A stretch of DNA of 64,000 nucleotides, taken from assembly GCA_004764695.1 (NCBI GenBank), contig SMSO01000035.1:4352040-4416039 (forward strand), given 5' to 3'. A program made the position numbers and the translations under genes. The notes under the pieces were generated by a model that was not told the origin of the DNA, searched no databases, and worked only from the letters and a program-made list of their open reading frames with translations. This stretch comes from Schizochytrium sp. TIO01 (Eukaryota; Protista; Bigyra: Labyrinthulomycetes). This document shows, in pieces, positions 34,910-47,295 of the stretch. The first letter of the stretch is position 1, and every line of letters begins with the position of its first letter.

Positions 34910-37432
34910 TGATGTATATAGGTGTATCTATCTTTCTATTTATCTACCGTTCAATCCGTCGATCAATCTCCCTGTCCCGAGGGGTTCTCGTGACCAACTT
35001 TGCCGATCCCGATCTGCTTGTCAGGTTTCCAGTGCGTCAGACAGTCGCCGGCTGGCACCCTAACGTTAAAGCTCTGCGCTGTGGCTCCTTGGTCTCTGCG
35101 TCATCGTTATCATTGAAGTCAAGAATCCCAATCGACCGCCTTATTTTTCTTCTTTCTCATCTGCTTATATGGCGAATTGTTATAGGACCTTATTAACAAA
35201 AAATAAAAGGAGGCGTTTCCAAGCGCATCTGACGTCAAAATCATGATCAGAGTAGCACCTACCTAGTCACTCATTTGAGCGTTCGCATGTTCTGGGTAGC
35301 CCCGTGTCTTTTTCATCTAAAGCTCGAGCAGAGGTGGCTAGCTATCCAGCTGTCGGAAACAAGCGAACAATCTTGATCAGCTTGAGCTGACCAACACCTC
35401 GTGAAAATTCATCTTCGAGGATGACTGAGTGTGTGTATTTATGTAGGTACTATTACTGTGGGGAAAGGCACTGATGATCGAGCGACGACGGAGTTGAATT
35501 TGGAGAGCAGAATGAAGACTCGTTGGCGAAGACTGCGATGATTGATGGGGTCCTGTGGTTTGCTGCATATGCTATAGGAGCTCAAACGATCTCGAGAGCA
35601 ATATCTTACGGGTGGTGTGGAGGATAGGAGCAAAGCGAAGGCTCCCCAATGAGGCAAAAGATACTCCTGTACGTGATAAGCTGTGGCATTGCTTCTTGCT
35701 TCTGTGCTTTTTGTTTGGGTTCTAGATTTTAATATCTTGTGCTCACAACTTGATCTTACAAGAGACAGCGCCAACACCATGCTTCTGTACTTTATGCAGG
35801 TTCATGAGTTTGCAGTCAGTCTCAGTGGCACTGCTCTTTTTGTACAGTGTGCAAAGTCCAGTATTCGTCAACATTCTTCAATTCATACTTTTCTTTGAGT
35901 TGGCTTCGCTTATCGCCTGCATCTAAAGCTGCACCCGGCGATCGTAAATAACTGACTACTCACATCATATGAGCTCGCTTCAAGCTGTTTTTCTCCAGCT
36001 CAAATCCCATTTCAGTCCCAATCCTAGTTCAGCAAGCCGGTCTGCAAGCGCCTGCGACCGTGTGTATTTATGCATTCATTTGGACATTCATTCATGCATG
36101 CATGCATGCATTTAGATTCATAAATTAGTTAGGTCCTGCTGCTCCTGCAGAAGAGGGTTGTTCGAGCGTAGTGCCACCTACCGAGGTACCTGCCTACTGT
36201 ACCGCCCTTGCTCGGTACGTAGTTCGCTTTCCCGAGCAATGTCCCAACCAATCGCTCTCACATATCAAAACCTGCTCCCAGACTTTAGCCAGCTAGCATA
36301 CCTGCACTCGTGGGTACCCACCCACTTTCCTACCTCCAACTCGTGTCTTCTGCCGTGGCCCATAGACCCTTCAACTTCCTCACCCACCCAGACGAATGTA
36401 GCTGAGTAATGTCTGCAAGTCATCGCTCGACGCAAGCTGAGAGCACCAAGAACCACAAAGACTCCTCATCTCCTCCACTCTGGTACGACGAGCCACGACT
36501 TGTAGTCCAGCTCCTCGCACGCTCCTGGCCAGCCAGGTGTATCTGGCTAGGCGCTTCCAGCTACCCAGGCCCAGGTAGATGGATGGAGACCCTCCAGGGT
36601 ACCAAATCGCAGTTTGTTTGTTTGTTTGTTTGTTATTTGTGTGCATGTGCATGCGTATCGTGCCCCACTCCATCTAGCGTTGGTGCTGCCTATGCCTACC
36701 CGGGCTGGAGCAGGAGCAGGAGCCTTGCATTCCGGGCAGCAAACGAGCAAACAACAAGCAGACAGCGAATGAATGAATGAGTGCATGAACGAATGAGTGA
36801 ATGACCTGGGACTGTCTACCTCAGAGGCGCAGATCTGCAAAGCAAACAATATATTGTAAAATCATAACTAATGAAAGCACTCAATAACATAATATAATAT
36901 AATATAATATGTATGGGAGGAAGTTCTTGCAGAGGTGTGCACGCTCCTGAAGAAGTTCGAGTAGTTCAAGCTTCGGTGCGACTCGAGCCGGCTCCGGAGA
37001 GGGGTCGGCAGCACTCCTGCAGACGTTTGAAGGCAGGTCGAGACGAGGGCCTCTGCGCGACGGCCTGAGCCAGCCAGATCTTGCGGCCTCGGTTTCCAAG
37101 GGTTAGTTTGGTGCATCTTTTATCTTTTATTTTTTATTTTTATAGACGTTGCTCCACGTTTACACGTGCTGTGTCAGGCTGGTACTGCTATAGTTTAGAG
37201 TAGGTGGGTGGCTAGGTAGTACACGCCTTCTTCGCTGTCTCCTGAGCACAACAGAAGAAGAAGAAGGAGGAGAGGAGGAGTGCCCAGACTCCCTTCCCCG
37301 CTTGGCATCCTTCTAGCATGCGAATCGGAGGCGGGCTCAGTTCTGACTCACTTCCAGCCTTCGTACATCCTCTCCGCGCCCGCTCGACGAGCCTGGTCTT
37401 GGCAGTCTCCGCGCGAGGTTAGCTTGTGGCGG

Positions 37433-38738
37433 ATGAAGATGCGCAGATCCCGCTCAGGGCGCACCGTGTCTGCGTGGGCGGACGCGAGCGGAGGGTGCTT
37501 TGCGGGCGAGTGCGATGAGTCTCGTGGCATACCAAACGGACTCGGGGCAGCCCGCGTGGCACGAGAGCGTATTGTTTACCGTGGTGAATGGCTGCTTTCG
37601 CGCCGCCACGGCCTTGGCGAGGCGGTCTTGGAGGGCGGCGGCGGCGTCTTCGAGGGCCACTTCGAACAGGACGCCGCCGTAGGGCCTGGACGGCGTCTTT
37701 GGCCGTCTGGAGCGTCTTTCACTGGAGCCTTCGACCGCCGTGGTGCACCTTCGGGCCAAGGCGTGTACCAGAACCTTGCCGGAGACACAACCTGCGGCGC
37801 GTTTCGTGAGGGCAGATGCGAGGGCCTTGGAAAGACCTTCTTTGCGAACGGAGATGTCTTCGCGGGCCAGTTTAGGCGTGGAAAGCCGCACGGACTCGGA
37901 GAGAGGACAGAAGAAGGGGTCACTGTGGGTAGAACTCGCACCCTCAAGGGCACTTGGAAAGAGGGCAAGCTCGTGGAGGAGCTTCGTGAGGGCGCCGACG
38001 AGGAGCAGGAGAAAAGGCTGCAGAAAGTCCTAGAGGATGCTGACACCGTGGTTGCCAAGGCCATGGAGTTCTGTGACCACGTCCAAAGGGATGTGCTCAT
38101 GCAGGTGCGTGACGTCAGATTTAGAACCAACGCTGTCTGTGTAGAGGCCAAAGAAGATCTTGGACTCGACGTGGACCCCTTCCTCTACGACCTATGCAGA
38201 TCCTCGCAAAATGCTGCGCGGAGAACTCCAGAGGGTGCCGCTAGGAAGACTTTTTCAGAGGCATCACCACCAAAGGACTCAACAGATCGCCTTTACATCA
38301 CCTCACAACCTCATTCTTCGTTTCAGGAACAAGATAATAAACAAGAGTTTGAAGATATTAATAACGATGGTCGGCGTGGAGGTGTGGCAGACGAAGATCC
38401 AGCGCCGTTGCTGCCTCCGAGGCGAGCGAAGGGCAGCTTTAAGCACGGTGGAAGCACAAAGGTACCACGCAGGCCAGCACCGAGAGCCCCTGCGGGAGCC
38501 GAGGAGGAAGAGGCCAGCGAGACCATGTCCTTCGCCACAGCGACGTGGCAGGAGAGCCTTGCGGAGGAGGACATGACTTACACTGCCGAAGGAATCCACG
38601 ATGATTCCGACGGTGAGATAGATGGTGAGGAAGGGTACACCATGGACAATGGAAGCACCGTGTTTGGTGGTGGTGATTACGAAGACGAGGACTCTCAGGA
38701 CGAAGGTTTCGATGATGACGAGGAAGATGAAGAGTATT

Positions 38739-38772
<34 letters not shown>

Positions 38773-40471
38773 ATTATCTGACGACGGCATGAGATATGGA
38801 AAGGCACCAAAAGGCAGATCTGTGGAAGACGAGTCTCGGAGCCCAGCAGGACGTCTTAAGCTTCAGGTGAGGTCTCAGCAGCGGCAGAACTATGAGCGCC
38901 GTTTCTCTGGAAGCCAGAGCAGCACAGACAGCAATCTCACTCCTGTTCCTCACTCTCAGTCAAAGCCGCAACGGCATCGAAAACCCGATACCCAACGAAA
39001 AGTCTCGGCTACGAAGAATGCTGCTAAAAGGGCCATCAAGCCGCGAAAAGCCTCCCCGGAGGTGGATTGGGAATCTGCCTCGGAGACTAGACCATACTCT
39101 TCGCAAGGTGGATCGGAGGACGGGGAAGAAAGCCTCCCTTCGGGACCCACGGCAGCACCGGCAGCTACAGCAGACCCAGAGGCTCTCGCTGTAATGCAAA
39201 AGTCCATCTCTCGCCTCCGCGAGCGCGCTGGAGCGTACTTACCCAATCCGTTCGCAGAAGGAGGTCGCGGAGGTGGGGAAGATGAAGACGACGACGATGA
39301 CGAGGAGGAAGAGATTGGCGAAGGCTTCGTTTCATCAAATAGACCGGGATCGGCACCGACTCTCGCAGGGAGTAAGGTCATGGCCATCCGAGGCTTCATC
39401 TCAAATAAATTTGCAGGCCAGCTTAAAGAAAGAAACAAAGGTAACGGAAGCACCAACAGTGCTGCGAGCGTATCCAGCGGCCACACAGGAATGCATCATA
39501 AGCCGGGAAAGTACAGCGATCTTACGGAAGAAGAGATTGGTGTGCTTCAACGGTGGCGCGAAGACTCCTCGCGCCATCCTGCAGATGCACTTGAAGAGCC
39601 AACTGGCGCTGAAGACGGAGAGGACACCGTCCTCAGCGCACGGCAATACGCGCTTTTGTGGAAAAGCCTCAACCCGGCGCGAGGCAGCTCCGTAGGTCTA
39701 AGCTCGCCCTTGAGAAGCCTGGAAAAGTCTTGGGAGAGTGAAATACAGGCGATTGGAGCCACATCATCGGCAGCGTCTTCCCTAGGTTCGATTGAGGCGA
39801 AAAGCCAAACAAGCCAACACGCTACAATCCAGCGTCAATCCAGCGTTGCTGGTGGATATGGCCCAGAGAAATACGATCGCGCCAATGGAAACCAATTCCG
39901 CAACAGTGGGCAATATCCTGACGCTAAAAATGATCCATACATACAGAAGCTGGGTTTTGAAAGTTTACCTAATCCACCTCCTGAATGCATTAGTACGCTA
40001 TCGACTGCTCGAAGAAGTGCAAAGAGCCCGGCACGTCCTCCTCTTCCTCCCCCTGATGACCTTTCTTCAATTGGAACTCACGATCTGCATCCTCCATCAC
40101 ATCCTCCTGCATCCATTTCAGGAGGTAGCATTTCAGGATATTTCACAGCGAGTGGATTTGCTCAACAAATTTCTTCAGCAGCGAGCGAATCAGGTACAAC
40201 TATGTCATATTTACCTCCTCCGTCATACCCCCCTCCTAGCGTGGCAGGGTCAGAGATGACCTGGGACTCTGAAATGCCAGGACTCCCACATCCACCTGCA
40301 TTACCAAACACGCCATCACCTTCGCGGACACGTCATCGTCCTGGCCACATCCACATGGGAATGCAACCTCCTTCACGTCCTCTCACAGCACCTCCGTTAG
40401 CACCTCTTCGCCCCCCATACCCACCAAAAAGGCCACCATTCCCGCCTCAGGCGCCAGCTATCATGGGATAA
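37433..40471 (+). CDS. MORN-repeat protein with a long acidic, Ser- and Pro-rich disordered tail
   Basis: Repeats YRGEWLLSRRHGLG, FEGHFEQDAAVGPG, FTGAFDRRGAPSGQG, FAGQFRRGKPHGLG and LKGTWKEG. First in-frame ATG at 37433; the true start is uncertain. Confidence 0.8.
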
Positions 40472-42427
40472 CTTCCTTGGTGACACTTGAACAGAATCAT
40501 GATCAAATTTATAACTTACTTACATAGTGATAGTAGTAGTAACAATAATAAGGACGAGCCCTCATTTAGGATCTTCATTTTTCTGACTTCACGAAATGCA
40601 TGACTTTCTGCGCACAGAATAACGGGCCGTGGGATCGACAAATACGTAGTGATTAAAAGAAGCAGGCTTGGTATTCTAAGAGGTGCGTTTGACCATCCAA
40701 TGCAAATATTCCCCAATGGCTTGCTTCCATGGCTTCTAGTTCAAAGAGGCAAATTGAGATTAGGGAATATTTGGCTTCTTTGAATAGTTCTTTGAACACG
40801 ATACTCATAACGTAAATATACGCAAAAATGAAGCATACAGCACAGTTTGCCTCGTTGAAATGTTCGAAGTGTATAATCCGTTTCACATTCGTGGCTCTTT
40901 GTGCTTTCCAAAACAAGGAATAGTACAAGCCTTTCATGATGCATAGAAGCTGTGTTGCAAGAAATCCTGGCAGGTTCTTAAAGATTACAATTTCATCATA
41001 AAAGTGTTAAATCACGCTCCAAGTGTAGTCAATTCATATTGGCCATTCGCAGTGTATGCTCAGAACACACGAGCCTTTACTTCTTACCTTTCGAAATAGT
41101 ACTTACCACCTGTTATGCTGCGAGTGATTTCGTTGTTCCTGGCATTGAGCAAATCCTTTTTTGTAATGTTCAGGAACGGTAGTTGATAATGATTGGAGAT
41201 CTCATGTGCGAGCAAAGGCTTGTGCAACGCTAATATTATAAATCCCCCCGTGTTTCATGGTTTCACACAAAAGCTGGTTGTGCAAAGCTTCCATTCGTCG
41301 GACTTTCTTCGTCATTTAAAGCTCCCTTGCAAGCAATTCTTCGAGTAAAGTAGTGTGCCTTCTATATGCTATCACTGTCAACACATTGTGAAGTTCTCTC
41401 ATTGAAATGTCAGAATTAATTACCATCTTACACACCTGTGCGAATCAACCAACACACAGCCAGCATCACAGAGCCTTGGACCACCAGACCTCATCGGGTT
41501 CAAACTTAAAGCAGCCATCTGTAGTCTTGCAAAGTTAAAGTTGTCCAACGCTTGCCAGTTTGCACGATCCAGCTTGGTGTAAACATTTCTTTGTTCACAT
41601 CTTTGGTTTATAAAACCAGACGGACACAGTTTTCACGAGCGAAAAAAGTTAAGCAGCCGAACACTATTCTTGGATCTTGGAAGCGGGTCATTTGGGTGCA
41701 GAATGCACGAATGAAAGCTGACAACGAACGAGTTCGGGCAGTGAAGTACGGACAGCCGCCCGAATTATTGCTCGGCAATGGACCTTAACGGCGACAATCT
41801 TCTTTGCGATCTACGAACGCACGGACGTACCTACTGTTTTCGATGTATTAGATGCCTTTGGAGGGGGTGTGCTTTACCTAAAGGAGGTACCTAGACATTG
41901 TTTGTATCTATGAAAAAAGAAGAAGAATAAAAATGAAGAAGAACATGCTTATAGATAAATAAACCTGAGTATGATATTATATTATCGACCCTACGAGTGG
42001 ATTTTTAAAATGTAACTTTTTTTTATTATTTATTATTTATTATTTTTTAAAATAAGGCTAAAACAAAAGCCGAATACATATAGGATTACCTTAAAACGGT
42101 TCTCTTTAAGATAATAACTTTGAATATAAAAACATTAAAAGCAACTTTTCTGAATTGAACATTTGTTTTTTTAATTTAAAAAGAAAGAAAAAAAGGAAAC
42201 GAATATTTAGTAGTAGGCTTAATTATGTCTCGAGGTAGTACCACCTAGGTATCAATAGTGACAACTTCCAAAGGAAGCAAAACAACAACCTGAAGAAAGT
42301 TGCCCTCGGACGGCGCTGCTCCATCCGGCAGGCCTAGCTTTGGGTTGCAGAGATCTGGATCCCTTGGCCTTTGAAAAAGCAGAACTCTGCTTGAGATTCA
42401 TTACGTGGTAAGTTCTGGGTGACAAGG

Positions 42428-44167
42428 ATGCTGCTGGAGTCTATCTGGCAGGATGTCGCTCAGAACTTGGGTCCAAAGCTAAAGCCGCTCTTGAAGTATT
42501 ATGCGATCTTTGCTGTAGGCCACTCGCTGTGGAAGATCTGCTGGCGCTTGCACAAGTATCTGAGGTTTTTACGGTTGACTTGGCACCTTCCGAACAATAC
42601 GCCTGATTTGCTGGCAAAAGGCATTCGGATGAACTCACATCGCATCAATGAGTGGAATTATGAGATCCTCGCACCTTTTGAAGGCAAACCTCTTGTGCAC
42701 AGGCCGGGTATTGACAATGTACTGTGCTGCAATACAGAGGAGTCGATCAAGTGGATGCTCAAGGATGAGTTCGATAACATCACTAAACCTGACGCTAGTA
42801 ATGACCCGATTTTCTCGCTCCTTAATGAGTTCATCGGACCAGCGATCTTCGTCCTGCGCCATGGCGATAAGGAATCTGCTGAGCACCTCAAGTGGCTTCA
42901 CCAACGTAAAACAGCTTCCAAAATTTTCACGAGAAATAGCGTTGAGATTGATATGTTTCCTACGTTTGTGCAAAAGTCAAACATTCTGGTTGCAAAACTT
43001 CAGCAAACAGCAACACTGAATGAAAGCGTGACATCAAATGCCGCAGCTGAGGGTGCACACCAGATTGACATGCAAGGCAAATTCTTTCAATTTACATTTG
43101 ACTCGATTCAAAGAATTTTCATGGGTCGCGAGATTGACACAGTTGGCACGGACGAAGAGGATCCTTATGCAAAGGCATTCGATGGAGCACACCGCTCCAT
43201 GCTCCTTTATCTTTTCAACCAAATTCCTCTTGTTCTTGTCTCACGTCTTCTTTTGCCATACCCATTTGGAGAGCTACATCCACAAGGCTTTGGGACGAGT
43301 GTGCTTTTGAAATTGTTTCGCTATTTCAATCCGCACTACAATGACTTCCAGGAAAATCTCACCTTCCTTCGAGAGGAAACAATGCAACGTGTTCGTGAGC
43401 TCCGGACAGATCCGAACATGAAATCCCGCAATGATTTGATGGCAAAGTTCCTCCAAGTGGATGCAGCGGAGGGGGGGCGACTCAGTGACGATGACCTGTC
43501 TGCAATTATCCTGAACCTGGTTATTGCAGGCCGCGACACCACTGCATGCTTGCTCAGTTGGTTGTTCTACTATCTTTCGATTAACCAAGAAGTTCAGTCC
43601 AAGCTGATCGAGGAACTTGAGACAGTCCTTCAGGGGCGTGAGCTGGAGCCCGCAGACTTACGTGGCGATCAATTGCCGTACTTGAATGGGTGCATCTTCG
43701 AAGCTGTTCGTCTTGCACCGCCTGTACCGATGAACATCAAAATCGCTTCCCAGGATGTTCAATTCCACGAAACAACTATCCCTGCGGGTACAAAGCTACT
43801 CTATAGTCCATACGTTATGGGCCGTCGCTCTAGCAAGTACGATAACCCAGAGACTTTTGATCCAAGCCGTTGGATCCCGTTTCAAGAACCTTCCATGTAT
43901 GATTTCCCTGCGTGGCAAGCCGGGAACCGGTTTTGCCTAGGCGTACAAATGTCTCGCTTTGAAGCAGCATGTGTAGTTGCGAGCGTTTTCAAAAAGCCGA
44001 AAAATGGTCGTGGACTCCGTTTCTTTCTTGAAGAGTCACAACACGGTAAAATCACGTCCTCTGTGATGCTTACCATGTCCATCCGAAACGACAAGGATCA
44101 GGAGTCCAACTCTGTTGAACACACCCACAATCTTTATCTCATTCCTCGCTTTCGTGATGAAAAATGA
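42428..44167 (+). CDS. Cytochrome P450 (resembles CYP704/CYP86-type fatty-acid hydroxylases)
   Basis: I-helix AGRDTT, EAVR (ExxR), FDPSRW and the heme loop WQAGNRFCLG; N-terminal hydrophobic segment. Confidence 0.92.
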   Translation: MLLESIWQDVAQNLGPKLKPLLKYYAIFAVGHSLWKICWRLHKYLRFLRLTWHLPNNTPDLLAKGIRMNSHRINEWNYEILAPFEGKPLVHRPGIDNVLCCNTEESIKWMLKDEFDNITKPDASNDPIFSLLNEFIGPAIFVLRHGDKESAEHLKWLHQRKTASKIFTRNSVEIDMFPTFVQKSNILVAKLQQTATLNESVTSNAAAEGAHQIDMQGKFFQFTFDSIQRIFMGREIDTVGTDEEDPYAKAFDGAHRSMLLYLFNQIPLVLVSRLLLPYPFGELHPQGFGTSVLLKLFRYFNPHYNDFQENLTFLREETMQRVRELRTDPNMKSRNDLMAKFLQVDAAEGGRLSDDDLSAIILNLVIAGRDTTACLLSWLFYYLSINQEVQSKLIEELETVLQGRELEPADLRGDQLPYLNGCIFEAVRLAPPVPMNIKIASQDVQFHETTIPAGTKLLYSPYVMGRRSSKYDNPETFDPSRWIPFQEPSMYDFPAWQAGNRFCLGVQMSRFEAACVVASVFKKPKNGRGLRFFLEESQHGKITSSVMLTMSIRNDKDQESNSVEHTHNLYLIPRFRDEK

Positions 44168-44511
44168 ACCCATCAATAAATTTTACTTGTTTTGTCCAAA
44201 AAATCACATCTTAAAGCTCCACTCTCACGCATCCTGCACCAATACTGTGTCTTTCTGTTGGAAGCGTTCATTTGTTTTAAAATCATGTCTGAAATAGAAC
44301 AAAGAAAGTTGCGCTTTTCTGCCTAAAAGGAGAACTTAAAAATGCATATAGTTATTTCAAATGAAGAATATTATTGTCAAATTTATCGGGGTCATGTGGC
44401 CAAAGGACATTTGATAGAAGTACCAAACTTCTCTTTAGACAAATATACACTGAGCAAGGAATAGCTGCCGCGAGGGACGAGCAAAACATCTTTTCTTAAG
44501 CTTTGCCTTTC

Positions 44512-44727
44512 TCAGCGCGGTGCCAAATAGACGTAGATTAAATAAGCAAACACTGTAAAGCTGAGCAACGCAGCATTCGCATATCGATCCACATCGGTCC
44601 AGTGGCTGTTCGTCAGCACAATATACAGACATCCTACATAAACGATTAATGCCAACAGGAACTTAACAACCCTTTCAAGGGTTGCTGCATCCTCTGTGTT
44701 CTTTTCAACACGCTTTGCAACAACCAT
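44512..44727 (-). CDS. Possible small two-TM membrane protein (71 aa)
   Basis: ATG in GAAATGG context; two hydrophobic helices (VVKFLLALIVYVGCLYIVL and ANAALLSFTVFAYLIYVYLA); no recognised family. Confidence 0.4.
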   Translation of the reverse strand: MVVAKRVEKNTEDAATLERVVKFLLALIVYVGCLYIVLTNSHWTDVDRYANAALLSFTVFAYLIYVYLAPR

Positions 44728-45363
44728 TTCAGCTGCAATCCCCTAAAGTTTCTGCCTTGCCACGGTAGTGGACCTTGTGCACGTCAAATCTTGAATCTCC
44801 CTGCAGCTCGTTTTTCTCCAAGCAGGTAGACCTTGCTAACTGTTCACGGCCCCAAGTCCACGCCACTCCGCTTCGTGCAGAAAGTTCGCCAGTCTTTAAT
44901 CAGAGCTCTCGTTTGGCCGCACGTTCTGCAGCTCACAACACCGCAAGGCCTGCGCAAGCGGTACTCTTATTCAGAGCGCTTAGATGCTCATCCATCTTTG
45001 ATATTCATGCACGCTCGCGAGCGTGCACACTTTTAAAGGCCTAAACAGCGCAAGTTAAGTTAGGCCATTTCCCATCAACAGTCGCTCGCGCGCCAGCGGA
45101 CCATCAAGTAATTCCTCCACAGCGCAGATGTCCCGCCCGACAGCTGGCTGCTCAACCCGTGCCTGGACACGCGGCACTTCTTCAGGGCCTCTCCGTCATC
45201 GCAGTTCCTGGTATCCCAGGGGCTCCAGGCCCAGCCTTGGCTCTGAGCTCTCTCTCGCGAGAGGCCAGACTGAGCGAGTTCTCAATTCCAGTTCTTCGTG
45301 AGCAGGTCTGAGAATGCGCGGTGTCTTGTATCATACTTATGCTCTTTGAGGTCCTCTTTTGCA

Positions 45364-45412
45364 TTGAATGAATGAATGAATGAATGAATGAATGAGAATG
45401 AATGAGAATGAA
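45364..45412. repeat. (GAAT)n microsatellite
   Basis: Run of tgaatgaatgaat. Confidence 0.85.
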
Positions 45413-46090
45413 TGTGTTGTATTTGGAGGGCGGAAGATGAATTGAATTGGAGGTCTGACTTCTCAAGGATGCTTTCGCCTCGACACGCCGCTGCTTCTGC
45501 CTGCAGAACGCCACGGCGGGCGAGAGGGAAGGCACCAGCGTGAAGGCCTGGCCAGCCAGGATGCACTCTCTCGCGTGCGAGAACTTTGCCTTTGCTTTCT
45601 CCAGGGATTACATGCCTAGAAAGAGGGCGACCTTGGATTTCCAAGTATCTTGAAACTGGAAGGGACCCCACGAAAGCGAGATTGCGGTCTTGAGGCTTGA
45701 CTCCTTGTCGTTGTTGTTGTTGTTGCTGTTGTTGTTGTGCGAACGCAGTTTCCTGAAGACACGCACGCGGCCGCCTTGGCAGTCCGCGGTGTATGGCAAA
45801 GCAAGTTTGACTTTGCGTAGATGAATCAATCTGAAAAGATAACGTTCTCAGATTCGTAGTACAAGACACGGACAAAAGGGACCCAAATATCCGAATCAAC
45901 TTCAAGCCAGAAAACACCAATGGATTCCAGAGCAAAGCCAAATTTGCAGCAAGCAACCCTCGTGCTTGTTGGTTAGCTGGTAGGGGCCAGTTCGACGTGG
46001 CGAGCCTACGTTTGGGCTCCTGCGTGCGCGTCCTTAAAGTAGAGTGGAGTAGAGCAGTAGATTGCCAGTTCTACGTAACGTCTTGGCAGC

Positions 46091-46744
46091 ATGGGCTACG
46101 AAGAGGAGGCCGTGCCGGTGGCGGCCGTGGCTGCTCCTCGCGTTACGACGGAGACTCGGACACGGAGGTTCAAGACAAGGCGAGACGAACGTGGGGCAGT
46201 GTCTTGGCTAGGAAACCTGCTGTGGATTTGGTTTGCTGGAGGCGCGGTCATTGCAGTTATCTACGCGATTTTGGGCCTTTTGCTCATGGCAACTATCGTG
46301 TTATTTCCTTTCGGATTGCAGCTCCTTAAACTTGCGCAGCTGTCGCTTTTCCCCTTTGGCATGTCTCTGGAGTCAGAATGGGATGAGTATCGCTGCTCAG
46401 GTATTGGGAACGTTATTGGCAATATTCTGTTCCTCCCGATCGCTCTTGTTCTCGTCGCCTTTCACATCGTCGCAGGTTTGCTTTGTGCTTGCACCTGCTA
46501 CGGTATCATATTCACCTTTCAACATTTCAAGCTTGCACAGATGGCACTTTGTCCGTTCGGGTCTCATGCAGTCTTTGGTCAAACTTCTGAAAGCGAGGAA
46601 ACCACCACCTTGAGACAAGAAATGTATGACCAGGATAATCTCTATGGTGATCGTTTCAACAACGGTAACTCATACACCACCATCCGCGTTGATACGGATC
46701 CTGGCCATGATGGACAATACGCAAAGTCTGCTGCTTATCATTGA
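46091..46744 (+). CDS. YccF-domain (DUF307) membrane protein with two internal repeats
   Basis: LGNLLWIWFAGG...TIVLFPFGLQLLKLAQLSLFPFG and IGNILFLPI...CYGIIFTFQHFKLAQMALCPFG follow the duplicated YccF pattern. Confidence 0.8.
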   Translation: MGYEEEAVPVAAVAAPRVTTETRTRRFKTRRDERGAVSWLGNLLWIWFAGGAVIAVIYAILGLLLMATIVLFPFGLQLLKLAQLSLFPFGMSLESEWDEYRCSGIGNVIGNILFLPIALVLVAFHIVAGLLCACTCYGIIFTFQHFKLAQMALCPFGSHAVFGQTSESEETTTLRQEMYDQDNLYGDRFNNGNSYTTIRVDTDPGHDGQYAKSAAYH

Positions 46745-47295
46745 TATCGATAGTGCGTACAGAGGCCAAGGTCATCCGCCAATTCAAGTCAAGAACCACC
46801 AATGTACCTCTGTGTATTATCAGAACAGTTACAAACATAGTCGCTAGCTCTACTAAAAGCGCCAAGGCTAGGCGCTGATAGGTATATGTATACCTAATGA
46901 AGCTTGACAATATCAAGAAGCACTGATCATGCAAGTGAGTGTCTTAGAACCTTTGCATGGCCTATTTTCTCAATATAACTTATGTTGTCTCCACAACAGC
47001 TACGACTCCGCATTTTCTAACAAGCGGTCATTCAAAATTAAACAACCCAGAGTCGAACCCTGCATCAATGGCATATTCGCTATACAGTAAATAACGAAGC
47101 AACGCAGCCTGTAAACCTCGAATTCCTAAACATACATGAGCTTACTTCACCTATTCGGTTTCTTTCATAAGTTTCTAATCTAAGTGCATAAAAATAAATC
47201 TTGCCAGAAAAGATTGACAAAAAAGTCTGTAGTCAAGCAGAAGTGAGAATTGGAAAGGATATAAGGAAAAAAAATCATTAGGAGTGCTGTCTAAA

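Noticed and set aside
45182-45956. 224-aa and 117-aa minus-strand ORFs
   Set aside because: They have non-ATG starts, read through microsatellites (poly-Q, HSFI repeats) and show no domain.
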